Of a stretch of DNA of 64,000 nt, positions 42,384-54,827 are shown one piece after another. A program made the translations under genes and the position numbers. Position 1 is the stretch's first letter. Each line of letters begins with the position of its first letter. Origin of the DNA: Cycas panzhihuaensis (lineage: Eukaryota > Plantae > Cycadophyta); NCBI GenBank assembly GCA_023213395.1, contig CM041465.1:182101741-182165740 (forward strand). Reading direction: 5' to 3'. The notes under the pieces are model-generated. The model ran no database searches, was not told the origin of the DNA, and worked only from the letters and a program-made list of their open reading frames with translations.

Positions 42384-44664
42384 GGAATGAATGCCATGGA
42401 GAATTAATGGTAATAACACCTACCTCAATCGAGTCAAATATCCTAAGCTTAGAAGAAAAAGAAAAGAACATAGAAAAGAAAGAAATCCTAAAAGAAAAAG
42501 AAGAGGATTCTAAGGAAAATACTTTAGAGGAGGAAATAGAAACCCTCAAAAAGGAAGAAAAAACAAGTATGGACTCTACTATGAAGCACATAAATGATCA
42601 TGAGAAGAAGGTGGAGGAAGGTCCCCTAACATATTAGAAAAACTATTTAATAAGGAAATTATTTGAAGACCCACTAAGGAGGAGATATAAGTAGTCATTT
42701 CTAATAGTAAACTCATTGGCATTATAAATACCAGTAGTTCCAAAGTTTATTCAATTAAAAAGACCTTTCTAAAATCCATTATTTAGAAAAAAGAATAACA
42801 TGGAGAAAACTCCATTAAGTATACCCCTAAAGAAGGTAACAAAAGAGCAGATTATTCCATCAAAATTATTACCAAAGGGGAAAATATCACTAAATAGTCA
42901 AAAAATGGTAGACCACATGGAAATTGGAAGACTTATATTTGATGATACTTTAGATGCTAGTGAATATGTGTACTTATTTCAAAAAATGGTAAATTTAAAA
43001 ATAATAATAGATGAAGAGGAAATCAAGGAGAGATTTACCTATTCATTATGAGGAGTATCTCTTGTATATTACAAGCAACTATACCCAACTAAACCTTGGG
43101 ATGATATTAAAAAGAAAATAATGAGAGATTCTAGAAGTTTAGAAGTAGTGAGATAATAAAACTAACACACAAAGAAGTTAAGCAAAGACTAGGAGAATTA
43201 GTACCAATATATATCAATAGAATAGACATCATAGCAGTAAGCACAATAAAAGAGGAGAAGATAATAAATTATAATATGAGAAATTACTTTGTAAATGGGT
43301 TAAATTCAAAATTAAGAGCTACAATGGCAACCCACCCTCTCAAGCCATACCAATATGCATAAGAATTAGCACTTAACTTTGAGAAAGAAATTAGTACAAA
43401 GAGGGTATGCCATAATCCTTTACTACTAAGATTATAAGAAGAAATATAAGAGTTAAGAAATCAAAACATGAATAGACTTTGTTTCTAGATAGCAAAGTCA
43501 GAAGAAACTTTAGAAGTGGAGAATTAAAAAAGGAAGTAGTTAGGTTAAAACTACAATAGTAAAAACCCCAAGAATGTTAGGAGGAAAAGGTTCCAAAGTA
43601 TAAACTAAAGGAACCTGCTCTAGAAAGGTGTTATCACATATGTGAAAAAGGTTCATACTCCACTAAAGTAAGTGATGCAAATACAAAGGCAAAGAAGAAA
43701 AATAGTTAATGCTATATCTATGATCAAGATAGCCATAACACCAACTTAAAGTGTATAAGGGGCTCTACTAGGGTTTACAGTGGTAGCAATTAAGTTATAG
43801 GTGATTAGAGATTACTTTGGAGAAGACAGAGCTCACCCAGATGGGCACGAGGGAGTAGGTTTACCCCAAGCTAGGATGTAATAAAGAGCAGTGCATCCTA
43901 CATGAAGGTTCATGAGTATTATCAATCCATGGAGAGCATGTGAGAAATAGAACTATGAGGAGCAAAGTGAAGGTAGCTCAGATCTACTAGAAGGGAGGAT
44001 GAAAGGCTCTGCCTCCTAGATCATAATGGAACATATGCAATGAGGGTCCAAATAGCTAGTGAATGGAAGCTAATCCCTCAAAGAAAAAAGATGGACCATT
44101 GTGCTCTAAGTAGAAGGTGAAGATCATAGTAACAGAAGGATTTGAATACAAAGACAAAGTTGGCAGATAGTATATAGCTTAGGGGAAAACAAGAAGGTTC
44201 AAGAAGGATCCTAAGCTAGAAGAGGTGAAGATAAAAATTTTCTCATATAGAAGGATAGATTGGAAGGTAGTAGAGGGACATAAATATACTCCCTATGGTA
44301 AAAGGGGGACCTGTAAGCTATGCAGGGGACAGGCATAGAGCTAGGAGGAGAGATTGGGGAGGAGAAACCTAGAGCCTGATAGCATAAGAAGGTTAATACA
44401 GAAAGACCTAGCCTATCATACCTTAACAAAGGACATAGAAGGCTAAAAAAATAGAGATTGGTTTGCCCATGAATCAACTAGTTATGTAAGGGTATAAGGG
44501 AGATGTCTTAGTCATCTTCTCTATGTTCTAGGTGAGGTTTCTATGACTGTTAATAAGTTGTAGTTATGAAGGGAATGTTTTATTGTTGTGTGTGTTTGTA
44601 ATATGTTAAAATACTAATAGAGAAGGAAACTATAATCCATGATCAGACTCAAAATATCTCTCTA

Positions 44665-45905
44665 TGAAGGACCTACTTGGAGGCCCTTAAAAATGAGGAA
44701 CCTGAAACTTGTGACATAACCCCTATCAAGTAAGACCAGACTATTACAATCCCTTTACCAAAGAAAATATTGGAGAGAATAGAAGAGTACTGGAAAAATA
44801 ACCTTATAGGCAGGTTCTTAGGACCTAGACCTAGGCTAAATATTATAAGGAGCTAGGTTAGAACTAGGTGGAAGATAAGGAATCTGGTAGAGGTGATATC
44901 CCTAACAAGGGGATGTGTCTTGTTTAAATTCACTAACCAGGAGAATATGGTTAGTACTCTCTTGAAATGCCCTTGGGTGATTAGAGGAAAAGCCCTATTT
45001 CTAGCAAAATGGCACCTAGACTTTGATCTAACAGTACCAGTTATAAAATAAGCACTAATCTAGGTGCAAATGTTGGACCTACCCTTATAGGTATGGGATT
45101 TAGATATCATAAAAGTTGTAGAAAAAGTTATTGGACCTCTCCTAGCCATTAATTCAACCACTAAGAATAAAAGTAGGCTTATCAATATTAGATTCTATGT
45201 ACTAGCTAGATTTGACAAACTCCTCCTAGATTATGTGAGGATTGAATCTAGTGAATGGAATAAGGAGCAACCCTTAGTCTATGAAGTGGAAAATATAAGG
45301 TGCTCTACCTATAGAAGACTAAGCCACCTTCCACAGAATTGCCCAGGGGAAAGGAAGGCTGATACAAGGAGACAGGAGGAAGAGGATCCTCAAGCTATTA
45401 AAATGAACAAGCTAGAAATAACCCAAAACTAGGAGAGACAAGATGGCCCTCAAGAGGAGCCTAAGAAAGGAAGGCTTGACCTTAATCTAGAAGATGATGA
45501 CATATTCTTTGAGGAGGGGGAGGAACTTTGAAAGGAAGAGAGGCTAATGGAAGGGGATAGTAAGCCATGTAAGGATAAGGAAAGGCTAAAGGAGGAGCTT
45601 AGTGCCCTAGCATAAGAGGCTATAGGAGGCTCTAAGAGGATCTAGAAGGTCCAAGGAAAGGATCTCTAGGGAGAACAAAGTAGTACTAGTCAACATAAAG
45701 GCCCCGATGTAGGATCTAATAGAAGAGTGGGAAGGCCCACTCTTATGATGATAAGGGAGAGAAAGGCAGCATCGCAAATAGATCAAGGAAGCCAAAGAAC
45801 TCTAAAGAAGGGAGGTTATGAGGGACCAAGACTAAGAGCTAGAGATGAGAGGAGAGAGCCCTAGAAAGAAGAAGAAGAGGAAAGTTAGAGGACCAAGAGA
45901 AATAG
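44665..45905 (+). pseudogene. LINE ORF1 (DUF4283/RRM-like domain plus zinc knuckle)
   Basis: LIGRFLGPRP ~44803-44832; PWVIRGK; RCSTYRRLSHLPQNC in ORF 45235-45432. Start uncertain. Confidence 0.8.
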
Positions 45906-46583
45906 ATGAAGTTTATCTCCTAGAATATCAGAGGGATAAATACTATCTCTAAGTATAGAGTAGTAAAGGATCTAGATATGAAAATGAAGCCAGATATATT
46001 ATTACTGTAGGAAACTAAGTTGATTAAGGAAAATAAAGAAAGAGTAAAACATAAGATCTAGAGGAGGGTAAATATGTTAGTGATCGATGGTCATCCAGTG
46101 TCAAGGGGATTGGCAATTATATGGAACCCGAAGGAGTGGCATGGAGAGTTTTTTAGGATGGCAGAGCATCACATATCCATTTGGATCACTTGTAGGAGGA
46201 TAAATGCAAGGTGGTCAGCCACAAATATCTATGCCACTGCCCAAGCAGAGAGTAGGAGGATTCTTTGGGATAAGATCTTAGAGGAGCACAGGGAGTGAGA
46301 AGTGCCTTAGTTGGTTGTAAGAGATTTTAACATTACCTTATCTCCTGGTGAGAAGAAAGGGGGTAAGGAAGGATGGACAAATAGTATGATAGATATGGGT
46401 ACCTTTTTATGGAGAGGGGAGTTAATGGATGTCCCCCTTAAAGGGGATAAATTTACCTGGATGAATATGAGAATTAGAAACCATCACATACAAGTGAGAT
46501 TAGACAAAATGCTAATCAATTATGCCTAGACTAGTTGTCATAGTAACTTCAGGTTAGAAGCTCTTCTAAAGATGATTTCAGAT
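45906..46583 (+). pseudogene. LINE ORF2 AP-endonuclease domain (5' part)
   Basis: MKFIS*NIRG at 45906; RGLAIIW, NIYA, RDFN, KFTW, RLDKML; cut at the SD|xSP motif by copia C. Confidence 0.9.
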
Positions 46584-46901
46584 TGATGGAGCCGGAGGAG
46601 CAGAGCAGGACATCACGACGTTCTCATCTTGAGTACAACGGCAATTTCCAATAGAGTGGCGGTGTTAATAAACACTAGGGAGGTATTCCCAACCCTTAAA
46701 TAGAGAATTCGGGAGGCGCCATCACCCTAGGCACAACAATTAAGGTTAGTTTGAAAAATATTAAAAATAAATAACGGTGATACGTGCCTCACATGAGTGG
46801 TCGGTCAAGGCTATTAAACGGCTCAAGGTGCCTAGGGGCCCTCAAAGGTGGCTTTGAGGGGCCCTAAGCCTAGTACACATACATTGGGATTATTCCCAAC
46901 A
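46584..46901 (-). repeat. 3' LTR of copia C
   Basis: Near-identical to 54500-54822; differences are mostly 1-3 nt indels. Confidence 0.97.
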
Positions 46902-46904
46902 TTC

Positions 46905-49900
46905 TCCCCCATAAGCCCAATGTGTATGACTCCTAAATCATCTCTGAATTTCTCAAACTTGATTTTTCCTAAGGCCTTTGTAAAAATATGCGTTGTTTGA
47001 TCTTGATTCTCTGATAAGCCAACTCTATCTCTTACCTTGTACAAGTTCCCAAATGAAGTGGTATTGAGTTTCAATGTGCTTTGTTCTGCCATGGAATACT
47101 GGATTTTTTGTCATTTAAATAGCTCTCTGATTGTCACACCAAATTTTAGTGGGACCTTCTTTGTTTAATTTGAAAATCCTGTAAGAGTCTTCTTAACCGA
47201 TTGATTCATAGGCTCTAACATCATGCGGCTTTATATTACGCTTGGTGTGGATAAGGAAACGGTATTTTGTTTCTTTCTACTCCAAGCTACCGTTGTTGAT
47301 CCCATATTAAATGCATAACCTGAGGTAGATTTTCTATCATCGACATCACCAGCCCAATCTGAATCAGATAACCGCTAACTGAAACTCGGATGTAGGTTTG
47401 TAGTATAATCCAAAGTCTGAAGTCCCTTTAAGGTATCTGAGGATTCTTTTAGCGACTTGCCTGAGATGTCTTTGGATCCTCGCATAAATCTAGATACAAC
47501 ACTTACAGAATATGTTATATCGTGTCGAGTAGAGGTTAAATAAAGTAGGCTACCAATCGCTTATCTATAGTGAGTGGGATCAATCGAAGTTGAGTCATCT
47601 GTCTTAGACAGTTTAATTCCAATTCTACCGGTATTGACAATGGTTTCTGATTTGTCATATTAAATCTTTGTAGAAGGTCTAATATATATTTACGTTGAGA
47701 TATAAATATTCCTTGTTTATCTTGCCACACTTCCAATCCTAGGAAGTAGTGCATAAGACCTAAGTCTATCATTTCGAATTCCTTACACATAGCTTCTTTA
47801 AATTGACTTAAAAGTTGGGAGTCATTTCCAGTATAAATTAAGTCGTCTACGTAAAGTCCTACGATCAATATCGAATTTCCTTTAATTTTGGTGTATAGGT
47901 TTGGATCTGCTTGAGATCTTTCAAACCCTTGATCTTTAAGATATGTGTCTATACGGGAATACCAAGCCCTAGGTGCTTGTTTTAGACCATATAACGCTTT
48001 CTTTAATTTATACACTTTGTTTTCTTCCCCCCTAACTTCAAAACCGAGGGGTTGAGAGACTTAGATATCTTCTTGGATATAACCATTTAAGAAAGCACTT
48101 TTTACGTCTATTTGATAAACAGGCCAACCCATTTGAGCGGTTAAACTTATTATCATGCGAACTGATTCCATTCTAGCAACTGGGGCAAATGTTTCAGTAT
48201 AGTCTATGCCTTCTCTTTAGGCATATCCTTTGACAACTAAACGAGCTTTATATTTATCAATTGATCCATCAGAGTGGAACTTAGTCTTATAAACCCATTT
48301 GGTTCCAATGGCTTTCTTTCTTGGTGGTAAGTCTACAAGTTCCCAAGTGTCATTTTTAACGATAGATTTATATTCCTCTTGCATGGCTTTTTGCCAGCAC
48401 TCATGTTGATTAGCCTCACCAAAGGTTTGAGGCTCATGACTTTCAAGTAACTTACTCATTAGAGCAAAGTTAACTTTGTGTGAACGTGTAGATCTTCGAT
48501 TGTTATCTAATATATTTCCTAAGTCATGGTTGCGTTGAACCCATTTGGGTAGCAGTTGTGATAGTGATTGAGGTGATGTTGTTTCCCTAGCGGTTTCCAG
48601 AGAGTTTCTCCACATAGGAGGCACATATTTGGATGTATTTGATGCATTAAACTTAATGGTAATGTCCTTTTGTTGTTCGTGATTATTTTGATAGTAGGTG
48701 TCCTCTTGAAATTTGACATCCCTACTCAGTATAACTTTTCGGGATTTAGGATCATAAACTTTGTAAGATTTTGATGATTCACTATATCCAATAAAGATAC
48801 ATTTTAAACTATGATCATCTAATTTGGTTCTTCTTTGGTCAGGGATGTAGGCATAGGCTAAATGTACCAAACACCTTAAGGTGACGAATACTAGGTTTAT
48901 AACTTTGTCCATGCTTCTTCCGTGTCTTCCCCTAACTCGCTTTTGTGGAACATTGATTAAGTAAGTAGATGCGGTATGGACCTTCACCCAAAATTCATGG
49001 CCTAAGTTTTTATCTTTAAGCATACAACGTGCCATTTCTACGATAGTTCTGCTTTTCCTTTCGCCACACCATTTTGTTGTGGAGTGTAGGGGTTGGTATG
49101 TTGTCGCCAATCCCATGTTGGATACAAGAATCCTTGAAGATATTAGAGGTAAATTCTCCCCATTATCGATCTTAAGGAGAGGATATGATATCCACTTTGT
49201 CGCTCAACGAAGGTTTTGAAGTCAACAAAGTGGTCAAAAGCATCAGTTGTATTTGAGAAAGAACACCTAAGTCTTTCTTGTAAAGTCATCAATGAATGTA
49301 AGGAAATATTTGGCACCGCCAAGGAGGAGTAGCCATTGGGCCACAAATATCCGTGTATACGAGTTGAAGAGGCGGATGCCCGATGGCTATAGTCCGGAAA
49401 ACTTTCTATGATGTTTTCCAAGAAGACATCCCTCACACAACTCTTTATTAACATCAATAGGGGGCAAGCCATTAACCATATCTAATCTTTTCATAAGGGC
49501 TAAACTGGTATAATTAAGGTGACCGAAACGTCGATGCCATAGGTCACTATCCATAGTAGTTGTGGTTCTAAGGGCATATGTATCTGAGGGGTGATAGTAA
49601 GTTTAAATAAACGATCTTTAGTTATGATACCCCTAGCAACAATAGCTTCGTTTTGTCGTTTGTCTTTAATAACACATTCGCCGTTGTCAAAAATTATTTT
49701 ATAATCTTGTTCCATTATCTCGTCCTACCGATAGTAAGTTTTTCCTTAAAGCGTGGACATATAGAACATCATTTAAATATTTATATTCACCACTATCGAC
49801 CAATAAGGCAATGTTACCTTTTCCAATTGATTGGTGAGAAGTGTTGTCTCCAAACATAATAGACCCTTTCTTATTTGTATCCAAAGTTTGAAATAATTGT

Positions 49901-51118
49901 TCTTTATGGGTCATGTGGGTGGAACAACGTAATCAATGTACCAACTATCATCCTCTTCTTCTTGGTGAAAAACTAGATAGAAATAACCTATTGTTGATTT
50001 TAGATTCTGATGTATTTGACACATGTCCTCTAGGGGGTGGTCCATGTTTTGAAAAACACTTATCTTGATGTGACCATTTCTACGACAATAAGTGCAATAT
50101 AGTTGATCTCTTTTTCCATAACTAAGATTTTGATTCCTTGGTGGAGAGTGATCAAGGTTGAAAGGTCTCCCCCTTTCTTCATAGAATTGAGTATGGTTAT
50201 TTCTTGGTTGGTCACGATAGTTTTGAGGTGTTCTAGAAGGTTGTGGGTTCCCATGATAATGTGGACAACAAGAATGATTTTCAACTTGTCTTCGTTGGTT
50301 TGGGTTTCTTTGAGTGTTGGAATGTCCTGGAGAGTTTTCATGTTGTGGGGGTCGTCCTTGTCTATTATGAGGAGCTTGGTATCGTGGAGGATTTTGTCTA
50401 GTTTCATTTCTAGGGTTATCATCTTTTCGCCTTAGAGGAGATTCATTTTGTTTTGAAGTGCCATCTTGAGGATTAGATTGAATGTTAGCCTTTGTAGCAA
50501 AGGCATGTTCTAAAGTTTCATTGGCAGCTTGTTGCTCTGCTATCGACGTGAGCATAGCGAAGTTGTTCTATTTTGAGGGTACTTAGGTCCTTAGATACAC
50601 TAATACTAGTAGCTACCATCCGAAAGCGCCTAATAGCTCCTACACATCGAAGGATTCGTTGAACTACTCCTTGTTCGTTAAGGTATCCCCAAGGGACCTC
50701 ATTTGGTTAACTATATCTTGAATCTTGGTCATAAATTCGCTTATTGATTCATGAGGCATCATACGTAAATTTTAAACTTACTTCTTAAGTTTTGTAGTTT
50801 AAAGGACACAAATTTCTTCAGATATAAGTCAGAAAGTATCCCAAGCCTCTTTGGACTTAATGGATTCACTAACTCGTGGGAAAACATGATCTTCCAAAGC
50901 GCAAAAATAAGGGCTAAGGCTTCATTATCTTTTTTGACATTTTCTTTGTACATAGCTTTTTCAGTATCAGTTGGATTTGATCCTAAGTCATTGTAACTGG
51001 TTTTTACTATATCCCACATTTCATTTGCTATGAGGATGGGCCTCATCCTCCTACTCCAGTTAAGAAAATTGTTTCCATCAAATTTAGGAATAATCATATT
51101 CCCAAAACTAGACGTCAT
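46905..51118 (-). pseudogene. Copia C gag-pol polyprotein (frameshifted in this sequence; may be intact in vivo)
   Basis: Gag PKFDGNNFLNWS (50759-51118); knuckle CTYCRRNGH and PR WYID (49911-50555); KNLLSVG; integrase and linker 48217-49472; RT LKKALYGLKQAPRAW and LYVDD (47536-48015); RNase H SDWAG ~47350 and IFTKAL. Confidence 0.93.
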
Positions 51119-51274
51119 TTTAAATTAAAGTTGTATAAAATGTGATAAATGCAATAGCAAAATATATTTGAATGTAAAAAATTGAAAGAACTTAAATGAA
51201 AGAAATTATTTTCAAATATATATCCCAAGGTTTTCAAAAGTTTGAACAAATGAACTAGGACCTAGAAAGGCTAC

Positions 51275-51705
51275 TAGGCTCTAAGTTTATGTTTCTCCTA
51301 GGGCAACCTTCTGGTTCTATTCTCATCAATGGCACCCACGATGGCAAAACAGGACCCTTTATACCAAGATGGAGTGCTTGGGCTCTATATACCTCAAGAC
51401 GTGGGTTCTAAGAAGGCTTTGACACCCCACAGATTGTTAGTCCACTGCCGGATTTATGCCTAACGACAGATCTAGCGGTGAAGGTTCTCGAACCAAAGGC
51501 ACTCACCCTCTCCAGGTCTAGCCTTGGTCTCCAAACACCATAAAAGGAAAAGGTTCGCACCTCACCGCCACCATATACACTGATAGCTAATGGTCATCTT
51601 CATCCAATATGAGTAGTAGATTAGCGTGCGTGGTGGTAACTTCAGGGTCCTAACTGCCTTGCAAGGCTAGAAAAAGTGTGGTTCAATTTGGGATTATCTT
51701 ATTTA
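51275..51705 (-). ncRNA. Conserved structured leader element upstream of copia C gag (putative IRES-like or packaging RNA)
   Basis: Colinear with 11130-11575; long-range and crossing complementary segments; 12-bp palindrome gccttgcaaggc 51656-51667. Confidence 0.6.
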
Positions 51706-53794
51706 ATGTGAAAACTAATCTATTTAGCAATGTGATCTTGCTTAGAAAAAGAAAATTCTTTTGATAATAGAAAGGAAATGCTCTAAGCAAGATGAAATGA
51801 AAACTTTTACAAAAAAACTCTTTTTGCTTTTTTTCAAAAGAAATATAATGTCATTCAAACAAATGTAATATGCCTTTGAGAAGAAATACAATATTCTTTT
51901 TATAAGTGCAAGAAGGATGATATTTTTCAACAACTTTGATACACTTTTTAAAGTAAAACGTTCAATAAGAAAGTAATGATGCTTAAAACTTTTCACTTAT
52001 GCAAGATTTGAAATAAACTTTTGAGAATAAATAGTTTTCAAACAGATGCCAATTTCTCAAATGAATAATAAATCTTCAATATAAAAAATTTCCTTTTTAT
52101 ATAAGAACAACTTTTATATATTGCCTTATAAATAAATGCTTGTTCAAAATAATGTAAAGTGCTTGTAGAAAGATCAAGCAGAAACTTGAGTAAACAAGGA
52201 AATATAAACTAGAATTTTCTTTACAATTTTGAAAGAAGGCAAGCTTGTTAGGATGTATATATATACTCAACTTTAATGATTGAAAACAATATTGAATGAG
52301 GTCGAAAAATTTTATCAATATGTAGATTCGAGATGTGAATCCAATAAAATAGACGGTTTAAAAATGGATACCAATAAATCACGCTTTGAATGATGCAAAG
52401 GAATGGACCTCCTTATGGAGCCTAACAGAGTGTGGTACGCAAATTTGCATAAAAATACTAATTAATCCTTAGAAAAGTTGAACAAATGATCAAATATTAT
52501 TGATGAAGTAATTAATATTCTGCCAATTGAAAATTTTGAAAGAATATATTAAGCAATGTAAAAGAAGCAGATTTAGGCCAATAAAATACCTCAACTTTAG
52601 CTGATTTGAAATATAAGAAAAATGTGTCAAAATATATGGAAAAATATATCACAATAAAGAGAAATAAGTCAGCTTCCCAACGAAGCTGACGGAAATGAAA
52701 TCTGATAAAAATTGCAAAAGTTATAGTGAAAAAAGTAACAAGTGTTTTTATGGGGAATGCTCAAGAAATAGGCAAAAATAACTAAATTTCTTATTTTAGC
52801 GATTAAAATACTAGTGAAGATGAACTCAAAAAATTAAAGTAGAAAATAGGTATTAGAGTCTATATGATGTAGATCACTATAGAAAAAATTTGGATACAAA
52901 ACAATTTACCAGAAATAAATGACAGCCAGTTCTAAAACCGATTTTATTAAAAATGCAAAAAACGCTGAAATTTCGAAAGTCCAATGTTAAAAAGGTCGAA
53001 ACAAGGTCAAATGGGCACCAAATTGGTCTTATGACCAGTCGAAATCAATCTACGGAAAATTTCTGATCTATTGGCGTAGGTTTCGTCTGAAACCGATGAG
53101 CCAAATAGAAGTTATGGCCACAAAAGTGCCAATAACCCTATAGAAAATAAAATTTAAAAAAAAATAAAGTTTAAAATCGAAAAACACTTATTAAAAAGTG
53201 TCTGAGGATGGACTGCGCTGGGATTGAACCCAAGACCAGTCAGATAACAGAAACCTCCGATGCCAGGAGGGTGAACTCGCTCGTCGGGATAAAAAATACA
53301 ACTTAAACCCTTTAAAACCAGATTTTTAAAATATACAATAAATAAAACTGAATATATAACAAAATGCAATGCTAAATATTTAAACAGAAATATATATATA
53401 ACACGAGTAATCAACAAAAGCGATTTAAACACAGCACGAGGCTATTTAATGAACGCTCATAAATATTAAGGCGCCTTGCATAAAGGCGATTTAAGTGGCG
53501 ATGATTTAACCGGAGAGCGATATAACGAATATAAGCACAAAAACAATACAATGCGATAAATGTAATTAATATAAGGCAATTTATAATCAACACGGAACGT
53601 GTATTAAAGTGGATCCGAAATCAAACGGACTGCGTCTATCACAAACAATAAAATAATAAAGACTAAACTAATCGAGATCTCGAACTTAAAACCATCACAG
53701 ACAAAGGTATTGATGAATGCAATCGAAGGCGATTAAACGGCATCAACAGATATTAAAGGAGAGATTGATCAAGGCACACGGAACGGACCGCCTC

Positions 53795-54135
53795 CCACGC
53801 GAAGTGAAATGAACGCAGAGAGCAGACACGCAGGATGAATGACCACGCGGAGTGAAACGAACGCAGAGAGCAGAGATATAATGCACCGAGCCGCAAAGAT
53901 ATAACACAAGATTGAAGGTATAGATAACGTATATGAACAGAGATATAGCAAATATATAACGATACGCAAAGGAACAGAGATAGCGCAAGGCGGCTAGATA
54001 AGGGAACAGAGATATACAAACAGAACAGAGACGGCTAAGACGGGGCGCTGGAGGCGCACAATAATGAAGCCAGAGATAGACCGACTGAAGGTAGACAGAG
54101 AGAGCAGAGACGGCTAAGCCGAAGGTAGACAAAGA
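53795..54135. repeat. Short degenerate direct repeats in the copia C leader
   Basis: ccacgcg(a/g)agtgaaa(t/c)gaacgcagagagcaga at 53795 and 53843; gaacagagata x3; gaaggtagaca x2. Confidence 0.75.
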
Positions 54136-54499
54136 GGAAAGTTGTTCAGTACAAATGCAGCGAATGCATAGAATAGAAAAAAGGCTATATGTATAGTTAG
54201 ATCAAACCAGTACAGAGGATCGCAAACCATAGATCTAACAAGCTAAAGCATATATCAAAAAATCTATTTATTTATATGTTTAAAATATAAAAACGGAAAC
54301 GAAGAACCTGGTTTCCGTATGGAGAGCAAACTTCCGAGCGGAGATCTTCCTCCACAAAGGATGGAATCCGGATCCGCCTTCTCCAATGGATAGATGAGCT
54401 CGCCGTAATCTCAACGGCGATCATATGGATACGTTTCACGACGTTTGAGCAACTAAAACTAGAAAATAGACAATGGTGTCACCGTGGCTCGATACCAAA

Positions 54500-54822
54500 T
54501 GATGGAGCCGAGGAGCAGAAAGCAGACATCACGACGTTCTCATCTTGAGTACAACCAATTTCAATAGAGTGGCGGTGTTAATAAACACCAGGAGGTATTC
54601 CCAACCCTTAAATAGAGAATTGGGAGGCGTCGCGCCATCACCCTAGCGCACAACAATTAAGGTTAGTTTGAAAAATATTAAAAATAAATAACTGATACGT
54701 GACTCACATGAGTGGTCGGTCCCAAGGCTATTAAACGGCTCAAGGTGCCCTAGGGGCCCTCAAAGGTGGCTTTGAGGGGCCCTAAGCGCTCTAGTGCACA
54801 TACATTGGGATTATTCCCAACA
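54500..54822 (-). repeat. 5' LTR of copia C
   Basis: Next to the PBS. Confidence 0.97.
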
Positions 54823-54827
54823 CAGAT

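Larger units (their letters stand above)
46584..54822 (-). mobile_element. Element C: young full-length Ty1/copia with ~3.4-kb 5' leader, inserted in the LINE
   Basis: LTRs 46584-46901 and 54500-54822; perfect TSD CAGAT (46579-46583, 54823-54827); PBS-Met 54487-54497; PPT ttctccccc 46902-46910; all copia domains present; CpG retained. Confidence 0.97.

Noticed and set aside
51275-51705. Group I/II intron, RNase P/MRP or telomerase RNA identity for the conserved block
   Set aside because: No P7 R/S consensus, no group II domain V, no RNase P P4 signature and no telomeric template recognised by eye; an Rfam search is still needed.
53743-54132. Overlapping hydrophobic ORFs in the copia C leader (env-like?)
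   Set aside because: Produced by CT-rich repeats, open in all three frames, upstream of gag rather than after pol; no domain signal.
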